This document shows, piece by piece, positions 15,787-32,698 of a DNA stretch of 64,000 nt. Where the stretch lies: the NCBI RefSeq assembly GCF_009914755.1, contig NC_060929.1. One strand, written 5' to 3'. Below the pieces are notes generated by a model that was not told where the DNA came from, did not search any database, and saw nothing but the letters and a program-made list of their open reading frames with translations. The position numbers and the translations under genes are program-made. This DNA is from the human T2T-CHM13v2.0 reference genome, Homo sapiens. Every line of letters starts with the position of its first letter. Positions within the stretch are counted from its first letter, which is position 1.

Positions 15787-18334
15787 ATTTATTATCTTAT
15801 ACTTCCTATTTATTTTTACTATTTAGTAAGCCTATTTTCTTCCAAAGTTTAAGTTCAGTTTATAGGGCTTTAAGAAAAGCACAGCTTAACTTTTAGTGAT
15901 TTCACATCAGAAAAAATGGGGAGGAAAAAGGGCCCATTTATTTTTACTGTCGCCAAAAAGTCTAAGTAAACACACATCTACACTTGTTTTCTTTTACTGT
16001 CATTTAAATATATCCATTTTTACATAGTCTGACACCATAAAGGACTAATTATCGATGGCTAAAATCTCGATGTCTTCATATCTCTATCTCCAGGTATCTG
16101 CTATCAGTGCTCAACAATGGACTAGATTTCTTAAATTATTTCAAACAGTGTTATTTTAAAAATATATTATTCTAGGACTAGCCTTCTCCCCACCCTACCT
16201 TTTTGGTTTGTTCAATGCTTTGACAAATCTTTATTCTTTGCTTGGCTCTGTTGTATCTTCAGCTGGTCCTTGACTTTACTCTGGATGAGATTAATTTTCC
16301 TCACCACCACCTTTATGTGCTTCAGATAAAGTCCCTCCCCCCATTCATTCAGTTTGGAGATCAACACTCCTCTCCTCAGTAGCTTTCTCTTCCTCTAATC
16401 TGCCTCTTTTTGAGTCAGGAATGTTCTTAGGAGTCGTGTGTGTGCATCAACACATGCTGGTGTTGTGACTGATGGAAAAATGCCAACAGATACCATTTAA
16501 TTGCAAAGTATATAAAAATTCACCTGCCTTACCATGACTGCACAAAATAGACACACAGGATGTTCCCAGACTGATAAATGCTCTCCCTGATCTCTCAAGC
16601 TTTCTAACCTGCTAATGACTCCACCTGCCCAGAGTGAAGACGCTGCCAGCTACAAGAAGCTTCCCTACCACTTTGCAGGAATGCTTATATTCTCTGGGCC
16701 CTCTTAGCTGTTCTAGACACCCAGACTCTATGCCTGCCTGCTTACCAGGTGCAGGTATCCAGTGTAAACAATCTCAGACTCTTCCTGGATGTTAACTACA
16801 ACGGTAAATTCTCCAGGTTACCTGTTCTACAGCAGAAACAGAGCTTCAGACCAGCCTGTGATCTATTTCTGCAAGCCAGTTTGATTTTTCTCTTTTATGT
16901 TCTACCTACAAAGTCAATAAAAAAGCAAAATATTTCACCAGAGGAAATATCATAGGCTGGCAGGAGTTAGCCCCCGAGAAAGCTCAAGGCATTATTCTCT
17001 GGACTTTTATTCTCTGGATGCCCTTTCTGCAGAATATCTTTATTGTTTTCAACTAGATCTATAGCATCCACTGCTGGTAACAGAAGTAATCCCTAGAGAC
17101 TTCTAGAAATAAAAAAACAGATATTGTTGGCAAAGACAACCATGAGACAGAATGAAATTGCAACCATCATATTTTGCACACCATAATGCAGCGTGATTAA
17201 AAGAAAAGCTAACGTATGTAAAATGCCTAGCCTGGTGCCTGCCTGCCACACAGTAGTTCCTCTAGCCACAATTGTTATTATTATTATTATTAATCCACCT
17301 CATTGCAATCAGTTACAATGGGAAATCACAGTGGCAGAGGCACATGACAACTGTTTCTGTTCTTGCAGAAGGCTATCTCAGGCTCAGCATGGTTGAATAT
17401 GTGCTTTCTATACTCATGTTGCAACTGTAGTAGGTGATATGTAAGTAGCTACAACACTCTTTCATCACTTTGCTAGAATGAAAACCCAGTAGTGGTTCAT
17501 ATGGAGCCATTTTAGACTAAGAGTGCTGGTGATTAACGTTCAGGCTTATTTTCTAGAAAGAGAAATTGATATTCTGTCACCTTAAGACCTACGGCGTGCA
17601 CTAAGTCTTGTGATTTTTTTTTTCCTCTTTGGCTGCCTAAAATATTTTCCCCCTTTCTAACAGTATGATGTTAGGCTAATTACCTCATCTGCACTGGAAG
17701 CAGCAGTGGAAGTATAATTGGGTGCACTGCCCTGCACTAGCCTAGAGGTGGGATTTGACCCAAGTTAGACCAACTGAATGTTCCCTCCCTGGAATATAAA
17801 TCTTGGGTAGAGGGACAAAGAGATGGAATGTGATAGGAATCCATGCATCCCATTGGCAGACAGGTCTTGGTTAAAGATCATTCCTGACTCCTACCTCTTT
17901 ATATCTGGATCCAACAGCTGTGTTCTGCCTGTTTCTAAGTCTGATTCTCCAATCTTTCCATTGGTTCTGTGGCTACCTTCTAATAAAGGCACCTCGTTTA
18001 TGTTGGGCAGCCAGTTTCCATTGCCTAGAGTAAAGAAGTCTAGTTGTTATAAAAGCCTGCCCAATAGTGACAGGCCTGACACATGGGCTGCACACTTCTT
18101 TCTTCCTGGACTTAGTAAGAGCAGGAGAGTCAAGAGAAAATCACTTGCTTTCTCAAAGACCCCAGCCCCCAGAAGTGAGAAAGGTAAAGTGAAATTTCTC
18201 ATCTCGTAGCTAAGGCTAATCTCCCTTACTGGATTACAAGCCCTTTTAATTATTAATTTGGCTCTTCCACTGAGGGAGAATAGCTTGCACATAGTAGGTG
18301 CTCTGTAAGTGCTAACTGCATTAACTGAGTTAAC

Positions 18335-18543
18335 CCTCCAGGCCTCAAGAAATTCTTCCACCTCAGCTCCTGAGCAGCTGGCATCATAGACACCTACCAC
18401 CATGACCAGTTAATTTTTAAAGTTTTTGTAGAGACAGAGTGTTGCTGTGTTGCCCAGGCTGGTCTTGAACTGGGCATAAGCGATCCTCCCACCTCAGCCT
18501 CCCAAAGGGTTGGGATTGAAGGCTTGAGCCATTGTACCCGGCC
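18335..18543 (-). mobile_element. Partial AluJ
   Basis: Left arm and part of right arm: ttttgtagagacag...cctcccaaagggttgggatt...cccggcc. Confidence 0.8.
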
Positions 18544-19499
18544 TTGGGTTCCAGTTCTGACTCTGGCATTATTAACAATGGGAACTTCGCTTAACCTTGG
18601 CCTCACTTTCTTCTTCCTAAGATTAGAATTTTAATATCTGCCTTGCCTACTTGTAAAAGTTGTTAGGGGGTAAACCTGCACTCTTCTTTTTCAGCACTTG
18701 TTACCCTCATAATCAAATCATAAACTTTATATTTAGCTGTTTTTATAATTAGCATGATGTGTGGGAAGGGACTGTGCCACACACTAAAGCAGGGAGTAAG
18801 CAGCTGGAAAAGGAAGACATGGGGTCTACCTTTGGCTCTGCCCAAGGCCCTCTCACTGTTGCCAAGCCCTTTTCTCCTTGGTCTTCAGTTTCCTGATTTA
18901 TAAAGAGAGGAGTTTGGACTATATGATTTTGAGGTTGCTTCCACTTCGAACTTTCTATAATTCTATGGATGGAGAATTAGAATTATTTGGTGTGGGGCAG
19001 CTGACCTCATTTAGCAAGTCCAATCAGCTGCTTCTCTTCAACATCTTAGTCTAAGCCTCCATCATCTCTTGGTAATAGTCTCCTATCTCATAGATTGCAC
19101 ATTTGCTTCCTCTGATGTGCACTGAAGCCAGAGTTACATTTTTTTTAAGAAAAACCAAATGCTTTTGCTCAGTATAAAGTTTGCCCTTGACACATCCACA
19201 CCATCCCTAGCTCTCTGCAATGCTGCCACGCTGGCTTTCTGTGTCTCAGAAGTGTAATTTCCTTTTCCTGTGTTCAGGGCCTTGTGCATAGTTTCCAGTT
19301 CTCTGTCCATTTAATTCCTACTCATCTTTCAAGGCTTACCTTGAAGACCACCATCTCAGAAGAGCCTTTCATGATTTCCTAGATTAGGTCAGACTCCTGT
19401 TAGGTGTGCTTATAGCCCCCTGCCTACTTCTTTTTCAGCACTCGTTAACCTTGTCATCAAATAATAAGCTTTATAATTAGCTGTTCAAGGAAGACCTAA

Positions 19500-19864
19500 T
19501 GCAATGGACTGAATATCTGGTTCCTCCAAAATTTATATGTTAAAATTCTAACCTCCAGTGTGAGAATATTAGGAGGTGGGGCCTTTGGGAGGTAATTAGG
19601 TTATGAGGGTAGAGCCCCCATGAATGGGTTAGTGCATTTATAAAAAGAAACCCAGATAGTTCTCTCATCTTCTCTACACCATGTGAGGACACAGCCAGAA
19701 GACAGCAGTCTGCAATCCAGAAGGGGGTTCTTGCAAGATCATGACCCAGCTGGCACCCTGATCCCAGACTTCCCAGCCTCCAGAACTGTGAGAAATAAAT
19801 TTTTATTGTTTATAGGCCACCCATCTATGGTACTTTGTTATAGCAAACTGAATGGACTAAGATG
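19500..19864 (+). mobile_element. MLT1A0-like MaLR solo LTR
   Basis: TGCAATGGACTGAAT start, ccagcctccagaactgtgagaaataaat, ends ggactaagatg. Confidence 0.85.
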
Positions 19865-19866
19865 TC

Positions 19867-20527
<661 letters not shown>

Positions 20528-20872
20528 ACATCCCACTAGGTGGTAAACTCCATAAAGACGGAGTGTATACCTGTTTGTTCACTGTTGTGTACTATCCCCT
20601 AGCAGAGTATTGGCACATTAATAATTATTGGTCAAATAAGAGACTTTCCCAGTTACTTGGTTATTCTGGGAGAAGTGAGATGCATGGAACTGAAATCCAA
20701 AGAATCAAAGGTGTTACATCAGGAGTTAGTTGAAATCTACAATGTAATGAATGAGTGACTATTTCTAGTGATACTTTCTCAAGTCCCACCTGTACCCCAA
20801 TCCTCTCATTTTTATGTGGGAATTAATAAATTTGGGCTGCCTTAATTTTAGTCTACCATGTCAAATGGGGTG

Positions 20873-21377
20873 TGTCTTAGTTATCTATTTTTATATAGCC
20901 AATCCAACACTTAGTAGCTTAAAATTACAGCCATTTGTTAGCTTGTAGTTCAGTGAATTGTCAACTTGGGCAGGATTCGTGTGGGTTGGCTCATCTCTGC
21001 TCCACTTGGAGTTGGCTGGGCTCACTCATGCTTTTACGGTTAGTTGACACGTTGGCTGGCACTTCATTCACATGTCGAGTATCTCAGCTGGGAGGACTGG
21101 AATAGATGGGGTGGCAGGGCCACTCTTTCCCAGTGACCTCCCTCTCCAGGAAGGCTCTCATCCTTAAGGTGGCTAGCTGGGCTTGTTCACAAGATGTCAG
21201 TGTCCTAGAGGGTGGGAACAGAAGCTGCAGGTGCTCTTGAAGCTGATGCTTGCAATTCACACAAGTCATTTCTGCCTCATTCTATTGGTCAAAGCATACC
21301 ACAAGGCCAACTCAGATGCAAGCAGTTGGAAAATAGACTCCATGCAAAGAATATGTGGTTATATTTAATCTATCACA
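20873..21377 (-). mobile_element. MLT1F/G/H-like MaLR LTR
   Basis: cttagtagcttaaaa, ctgggctcactcatg, ttctgcctcattctattggtcaaagca, ends tctatcaca. Confidence 0.7.
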
Positions 21378-22116
21378 GGAGAGCATCCTAGAAGACACTG
21401 GGGAAAAAGCAGAAGTTAATATTCATGCATATGATAAACCTCACATTTTGAAGTAAGGAGTAGAAAATTTTAATAGAAAATCATTGCTTACTTCTACCAT
21501 TAAATAAATGGTGAACAAATGTTTAAGGAATACTAAAGTAAAGCGATATCATATTGTTATCCTGCTGGGGTCCCCATATGTCTTGATTGGGCTTGGTATA
21601 AAGGGCTAGTATAAATTGTTGGAAGTGGATACATCCTCTTGTCCAAGGGAGTATCCAAGGGAGGAGCTTTTTATGTCAGATGATTTAAAATCCCATAAAC
21701 AGAGCTCAAAAGCAATACAGAAAAGGTCAAGGTTTTTCTTGGCAGGGGGTGGATTTTAAGGATCTTTGAGGCAGATTAAGAGTTTATTTATATTTTCTTT
21801 AAATCAACAGGTTTAGCATCACCCAGTTACTCAATTATCATTGTTTAGCTCCATTAACAGTTGTTTCCCCAATTGGAATAGTATGTCTGATTTAGGACCT
21901 GTCAACTTTCTTAAGGAACAGATATTTCCCGGAGCCTTTCCAAGCATGTACTCTTACCAAGTACTATTTGCCAATTAATGTTGTTTAAGCCAGTCTTTCT
22001 TTTCTAATAAATGTTCTGGCATGTACAATACTATTGTTGTAGGAAGACTTTACACTGAGATTAATCTTTGTGACAATATGCTTAGTTGCACATTTAACTT
22101 TTTAAAACGGAATTCA

Positions 22117-23102
22117 GGGGGCAGTTCCAAGATGGCCGAATAGGAACAGCTCCAGTCTGCAGCTCCCAGCATGAGCGTTGCAGAAGATGGGTGATTTCTG
22201 CATTTCCAACTGAGGTACCAGGTTCATCTCACAGGGGCTTGTCAGACAGTGGGTGCAGCCCATGGAGTAGGGTGGGGCATCACCTCACCTGGGAAGCACA
22301 AGGGGTCAGGGAATTCCCTTTCCTAGAAAAGGGAAGCCGTGACAGAGGGTACCTGGAAAATCGGGACACTCTCACCCTAATACTGCCCTTTTCCAATGGC
22401 CTTAGTAAACGGCACACCAGGAGATTATATCCCACGCCTGGTTCAGAGGGTCCCACGCCCACGGAGCCTCGCTCATTGCTAGCACAGCTGTCTGAGATCG
22501 AAACTGTGAGGCGGCAGCGAGGCTGGGGGAGGGGCGTCCACCATTGCTGAAGCTTGAGTAGGTAAACAAAGTGGCCAGGAAGCTCGAACTGGGTGGAGCC
22601 CACTTCAGCTCAAGGAGGCCTGCCTGCCTCTGTAGACTCCACCTCTGGGGGCAGGGCATAGCTGAACGAAAGGCAGCAGAAACTTCTGCAGACTTAAACG
22701 TCCCTGTCTGACAGCTTTGAAGAGAGTAGTGGTTCTCCCAGCATGGAGTTTGAGATCTGAGAACAGACAGACTGCTTCCCCAAGTGAGTACCTGACCCCT
22801 GAGTAGCCTAACTGGGAGGCATCTCCCAGTAGGGGGCGACTGACACCTCATAGGGCCGGGTACTCCTCTGAGATGAAGCTTCCAGAGGAAGTATCAGGCA
22901 GCAGCATCTGCCGTTCTGCAGACTCTGCTGGTGATACCCAGGCAAACAGGGTCTGGAGTGGACCCCCAGCAAACTCCAACAGACCTGCAGCTGAGGGTCC
23001 TGACTGTTAGAAGGAAAACTAACAAAGAGAAAGGACATCCACACCAAAACCCCATCTGTACGTCACCATTATCAAAGACCAAAGGTAGATAAAACCACAA
23101 AG
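22117..23102 (+). promoter_or_regulatory. L1 5'UTR internal promoter region with YY1 site
   Basis: CAAGATGGCCG near 22128; many CpGs decayed to TG/CA, so activity is unknown. Confidence 0.6.
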
Positions 23103-24123
23103 ATGGGGAGAAACCAGAGCAGAAAAGCTGAAAATTCTAAAAATCAGAGTGTCTCTTCTCCTCCAAAGGAGTGCAGCTCCTCAACAGCAATGGAACAAAG
23201 CTGGATGGAGAATGACTTTGATGAGTTGAGAGAAGAAGGCTTCAGACGATCAGTAATAACAAACTTCTCTGAGCTAAAGGAGGAAGTTCGAACCCATCGC
23301 AAAAAGCTAAAAACCTTGAAAAAAGATTAGACGAATGGCTAACTCGAATAACCAGTGTAGAGAAGTCCTTAAATGACCTGATGGAGCTGAAAACCATGGC
23401 ACGAGAACTACGTGACACATGCACAACCTGCAGTAGCTGATTTGATCAAGTGGAAGAAAGGGTATCCGTGATTGAAGATCAAATAAATGAAACGAAGCGA
23501 GAAGTTTAGAGACAAAAGAATAAAAAGAAACGAACAAAGCCTCCAAGAAATATGGGACTATGTGAAAAGACCAAATCTATGTCTGATTGATGTACCTGAA
23601 AGTGACGGGGAGAATAGAGCCAAGTTGGAAAACACTCTTCGGGATATTATCCAGGAGAACTTCCCCAACCTAGCAAGGCAGGCCAACATTCAAATTCAGG
23701 AAATAGAGAGAATGCCACAAAGATACTCCTCGAGAAGAGCAACTCCAAGACACATAGTTGTCAGATTCACCAAAGTTGAAATGAAGGAAAAAATGTTAAG
23801 GGCAGCCAGAGAGAAAGGTTGGGTTACCCACAAAGGGAAACCCATCAGACTAATAGCTGATCTCTCTGCAGAAACTCTACAAGCCAGAAGAGAGTAGGGG
23901 CCAATATTCAACATTCTTAAAGGAAAGAATTTTCAACCCAGAATTTCATATCCAGCCAAACTAAGCTTCATAAGTGAAGGAGAAATAAAATACTTTACAG
24001 ACAAAGCAAATGCTGAGAGATTTTGTCACCACCAGGCCTGCCTTACAAGTGCTCCTGAAGGAAGCACTGAACATGGAAAGGAACAACCAGTACCAGTCAC
24101 TGCAAAAACATGTCAAATTATAA
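23103..24123 (+). pseudogene. L1 ORF1p, disrupted
   Basis: MGRNQSRKAENSKNQS...; RNEQSLQEIWDYVKRPNL...IQENFPNLARQANIQIQEI; split by frameshifts and stops. Confidence 0.93.
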
Positions 24124-24186
24124 AGACCACTGATGCTAGGAAGAAACTGCATCAACTAATGAGCAAAATAACCAGCTAACATTATA

Positions 24187-28002
<3,816 letters not shown>

Positions 28003-28334
28003 ACACTTGGACACAAGGTGGGGAACATCACACACCGGGGCCTGTCATGGTGGGGCGAGATGGGGAGGGATAGCATTAGGAGATATACCTAATGTAAATG
28101 ACGAGTTAGTGGGCGCAGCACACCAAGATGACACATGTATACATATGTAACAAACCTGCACATTGTGCACATGTACCATAGAACTTAAAGTATAATAATA
28201 ATAAAGAGAATTCATTGTCAGATGTCAGAGTTTATACAAAGATATGCGACTTTTAAGCTCCTTTTGTCTCCTGGAAGTTCATGTTTTCTATGTAATTATT
28301 TTTCTATTTTAATTAACTGTAGAAATTATGGTAT

Positions 28335-28730
28335 TAATGGCTACCATGCATTGAGTGCCAGGTACTTTGCTGAGCATTTTACTCACCTGATTGAATTGAA
28401 CCCTCTCAAATCATTTATCCCAGGCTTGTCCAACCCGCCGCCCATGGGCCACATGCAGCCCAGGATGGCTTTGAATGTGGCCCAACACAAATTAGTATGT
28501 CTTAAAACATTGAGATTTTTTTTCAATTTTTTTCTTTTGTTCATTAGCTATTGTTAGTAATAGTGTATTTTATGTGTGATCGAAGACAATTCTTCTTCCA
28601 ATGTGGCCCTGGGAAGCCAAAAGATTGGACATCCCTGATTTACCCTATTAGGTATGGATTATTCTCATATTTTAGATGAGGAAACTGAGGCTTAGAGGAG
28701 TTAACTTTCCCTAAGTCATCTAGCTAGCAC
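28335..28730 (-). mobile_element. MIR interrupted by MER30
   Basis: ttttagatgaggaaactgaggcttagag core after the MER30; gtgccaggtact before it. Confidence 0.7.
28421..28637 (-). mobile_element. MER30 hAT-Charlie MITE
   Basis: CAGGCTTGTCCAAC...ATTGGACATCCCTG; TSD ATTTATCC / ATTTACCC. Confidence 0.88.
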
Positions 28731-28908
28731 AATATGTTTTCTATTGCCTTTATTTCCATGAGTAAAATTTGAAGACAAAGTTTAGTTATTTTTCAAAGAC
28801 ATATTTTGTTCCTTTGATATAGAAATGAATTAGCACATGTTCATTTGTGTGACCTTAATGCCTATAAACTAGTGGTCCACGGCTGGACATCTGGATATTC
28901 ACAGAATA

Positions 28909-29178
28909 CAGTTGATTCTTGAACAACGACAGTTTAAACTGTGGGTCCACTTACACTCAGATGTTTTCAATACAGTTGGCCCTCTAGGTTGGAGCGTTTT
29001 TCATCCACAAACAAATGCAGATCAAAATGGAGTATTCTAAGGATACAAAGCCCATATGGAGGGCTGACTTTTCGTATCCACGGGTTCTCAGGACCACCTG
29101 CAGGACTTGGGTATGCGTGAATTATGGTATCTGCAGGTCGTCCTAGAAACAACCCCCGAAGATACTGAGGGACAACTG
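28909..29178 (-). mobile_element. MER8 (Tigger2-derived MITE)
   Basis: TA-CAGTTGATTCTTGAACAAC ... GAGGGACAACTG-TA. Confidence 0.8.
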
Positions 29179-29185
29179 TATACTA

Positions 29186-29533
29186 AAGAGGTCCTCAATC
29201 CCCGAGCCATGGACTGGTACTAGTCTGTGGCATTAGGAACTAGGCTGGACAGCAGGAGGTGAGTGGCAGGAGAGTGAGCATTACCGTCTGAACTCTGCCT
29301 CCTGTCAGATCAGAGGTGGCATTCGATTCTTACAGGAGTGTGAACCCTATTGTGAATTGCGTGTGCAAGGGATCTAGTTTGTGCTCTGCTTATGAGAATC
29401 TAACTAATGCCTGATGATCTGAGGTGGACCAATTTCATCCCCAAACCATCCCCTACACCCTGCTATCCATGGAAGACAATTCTTCCATGAAACCGATCTT
29501 GGTCCCTGGTGCCAAAAAGGTTGGGGACTGCTG
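29186..29533 (+). mobile_element. MER1B hAT-Charlie MITE
   Basis: Same family as 567-895 in the opposite orientation; TSD GTATACTA / GTAGACTA. Confidence 0.88.
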
Positions 29534-29585
29534 GTAGACTAAATTATGATGAATTTGAATTTAAGTTGAAAACAAAGTTATAGAT

Positions 29586-29809
29586 CAAGGGCTGGCAAGC
29601 TTTCTCTGTAAAGGGCCAGATAGTAAATATTTTCAGTTTTGTAGACAATATGATTTGTCACAACTACTCAACCTTGTCCTGTTGTACAAAACAAAAAAAA
29701 GTCATAATAGTATGTAAATAAATGGATATGTGTTTGTCTCACTAAAATTTTATTTATAAGACCAGATGGTGGGGTAAATTTGGCCTATAGGTTATAGTTT
29801 ATCAACCTG
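29586..29809 (+). mobile_element. MER58A hAT-Charlie MITE
   Basis: ctgtaaagggccagatagtaaatatttt...cacaactactcaac...ttggcctataggttatagttt. Confidence 0.8.
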
Positions 29810-31330
29810 TCCTAAAGGCCATTTTGTGTCCCTTTAGTCACCATTAATGTTATTCCACTAAACAAAGATATTGGAGTAAGTTTTTCATAAGATACAGTGG
29901 TTTAGCATAAAAAGGTCTGGAATACAGGAAAACCTGCTCCCATTCACATAAACTGACTTGGAATCAATCGCTTGTTGGCTTTAATCGTCTGCATAATGGC
30001 TTTCTTAGTCTAATTTTTTAGCAGCTAATTGAGTTAGAGTATCTATTGTAGAAGTCAAATGGACATGGCCCTGCCACTTTCATGACTGAGTGTACTTACC
30101 TGTCCCACAGTCTGGATTAAAAGAAAACCCCACCTTGTACCCTGAGACAAACCAAAAATAACAAGTTTGTTCTCTCTAGTTTAATTTCCAAAGTGAAAGA
30201 AACCTTGAGTATTTCCTGTAAGTTACTGACTCCTTAACAAAACAACTGTATCTCTGACTTTTGCAAAACTGATGTCTGAAGATACATTATGTCATATGTG
30301 AGAAAACTGTGTTTTCACATGTCAAACTGTGGGAAAACTGCTGTTTTTTTCCCACCATGAACTCAGATTAAGTATAAACTCAGTAACTTTGGCAATTTAA
30401 AAAGTAAATATACTCATTGTGTTTTAATTTGATGAGTAAGTTCTCCTGAAGTTTGACTCCTTTGCAAATTCTTTGCAAGCAAACTGCTGCTTTTATTTTT
30501 GGTATGCTTCGCCTCTGATTCTTCCTTTCACATATGTTAAGGTTTGGAGGACTGTTTGCTTATAGCCCAATGTGAACAGGATGAAAAATTTCCTACCAGA
30601 AACATAAATGTTGAGTAATTTAGGATTTTGAAGTTTGAGCAAGCTTGAGCAGGCTGGTCATGGCCTACTTTGACTAACAAGGGATACAGCTGTTGGACAC
30701 TACAGCAAAAGAAATCTTTCCTTTGCCTGACTTTCTTCCATGGTGATAGAAGAGGAAAGATTTTGGGAAAATCAGAAAAAAAAACCTGGAAAAATTATTG
30801 GCGTATTAAAATATATAAAATCTTTGTGAAATCTTTATTGCCTTTCATTCAACTTTCATTCAACTTATGCTTCATTCACATGGTGCAGTAGACACAACAA
30901 GGGCAGTACAATAATTTGACATTCTACTTGCCTAATGGCTTCCATATTCATTGATCATAGGTTTCCAAAAGAGTTATGAATATGGAGTAAGGGGTCCTGC
31001 CTTTTACATTCCCAATATTCCATTACTGCATTTCTCTTCTGTGCTAAGATTGAGACCCAAGCCAAAATGACCCAGAAAAAGAATCCACATATTGGATTTG
31101 CTAATGAAAATCCCCCAAATCATAGTTTTCATCATAATGAGATTATAAGAGCTACTTCCATGACAATAGAGAAGGATATTTGGTTATATAGGGCAGATTG
31201 AATGCGTGTATTTATCCTCACTGCTTTCCAAAATGTCATGAGAATGACAATAAAGAAATGAATATACTTTTATAAGGACAGACGATAAGGAAAGAGAAGG
31301 CAGTAAATGAGCACCGTCAAAATTTTAGAA

Positions 31331-31535
31331 CTGCATTGTCTAATGTACCCGCTAATTACATGTGGCTGTTTACATTTACATTAATTAAAACTAAATACAA
31401 TTAAAATTTAGTTATTCAGTTTCATTAGCCACGTTTCAAGGGCTCCATAGATACATGTGGCTGGTGGCTACCTTATTGGATGGCACAGACATGGAACATT
31501 TCCATCATGGCAGAGAGTTCTATTGGACAGAGCTG
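31331..31535. mobile_element. MER3 hAT-Charlie MITE
   Basis: cattagccacgtttcaag...catgtggctggtggctacc...gttctattggacagagctg. Confidence 0.8.
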
Positions 31536-31616
31536 TTTTAAAGATAGGAAGGTGTTGGAGGAACAGGAACTGGGTGAAGTTTCAGGTTGTTCTGTTCTCC
31601 TAAGTAACTCCTTGGA

Positions 31617-32029
31617 TGTAGTGGGTTGAATGTTGGCTTCCAAAAGATATGGTCATGTACTAATCCCTGGAACCTATCAATGTAATTTGGTTGGAAAAAG
31701 GGTCTTTGCAGATGCACTTAAGTTAAGGTTCTCGTGATAGGATCATGCTGGACTATTGGGTGAACTCCAAATTCAGTGACAAGAGACCTTAGAGGAGAGG
31801 AGGAGGCCCTGTGAACATGGAGGTAGAGAGTGGAGTTATTTAGCGATGAGCCAAGGAATGCTTACAGCCACCAGAAGCTGGAAGAGGCAAGGAAGGATTC
31901 TCCCCTAGAGCCTTCAAAGAGAGTATGGCCTTGCCAACACCTGAATTTTTTACCTCTGGACTCTAGAACTGTGAGAGAATACATTTCTGATGTTTTAATT
32001 TGTTATGGCAGCCATAGAAAACTAATAAA
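31617..32029 (+). mobile_element. MLT1C/D-like MaLR solo LTR
   Basis: TGTAGTGGGTTGAATG start, gaaaaagggtctttgcagatg, gaagctggaagaggcaaggaaggattctcccctagagcc. Confidence 0.82.
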
Positions 32030-32698
32030 GAGGGAAAGTCAAGAAGACTAAATGCTAAATAAATACGGAGGTTGAACTAGGAAGGCTTAGACTGGGAGAA
32101 ACTAGACATCATGAGGGTGGGAGTAGGGTGCCCTCCTGTGAGAGTCTGAGAGCAAGACTTTCATCCAAAAGGGGCATTTATTAACAAAACGCTTTGGTAT
32201 GTTACAGACTGTAAGAGTATTTCTCAGAGAAGAAGGGTCTTAGATGGGGCAGACACCCCAAACCGTGGCTACTATTCCCCCCCACAACTCAGTACCAAGG
32301 TCATGGTATTTGTCTTGTCCCTGAAGGCAGAGGGATAATTTGTGTTATCTCAGCCATGAACTGAGAAACTAACTGGCCTCAGTTCTCTGAGCACTTAGTC
32401 CCCTGAGTGTTTACTTCCTCTTTGAGAGTTTTAGAGCAAATTTATACCATACCCCATCCCTTCTTTGCCTTCTGCTTCAGTTTCACCTGTTTACCCAGTC
32501 TCTTCATTCCTGATAGATTTCTTCCCTCACTCTGTGGTTGAGGTCCACTGCTGAAATACATAGAACAAAAAGAAAACCAGACCCATCTCAAGAAGCATCC
32601 TTTAGTTTGTAGGGGACACCAAATGTAGCCTGCTGACATTTCTCCCTTCTGCAGGAATCTTGGATTTTTGGACTCTTGATTCTTCTAGAGAGGATCTT

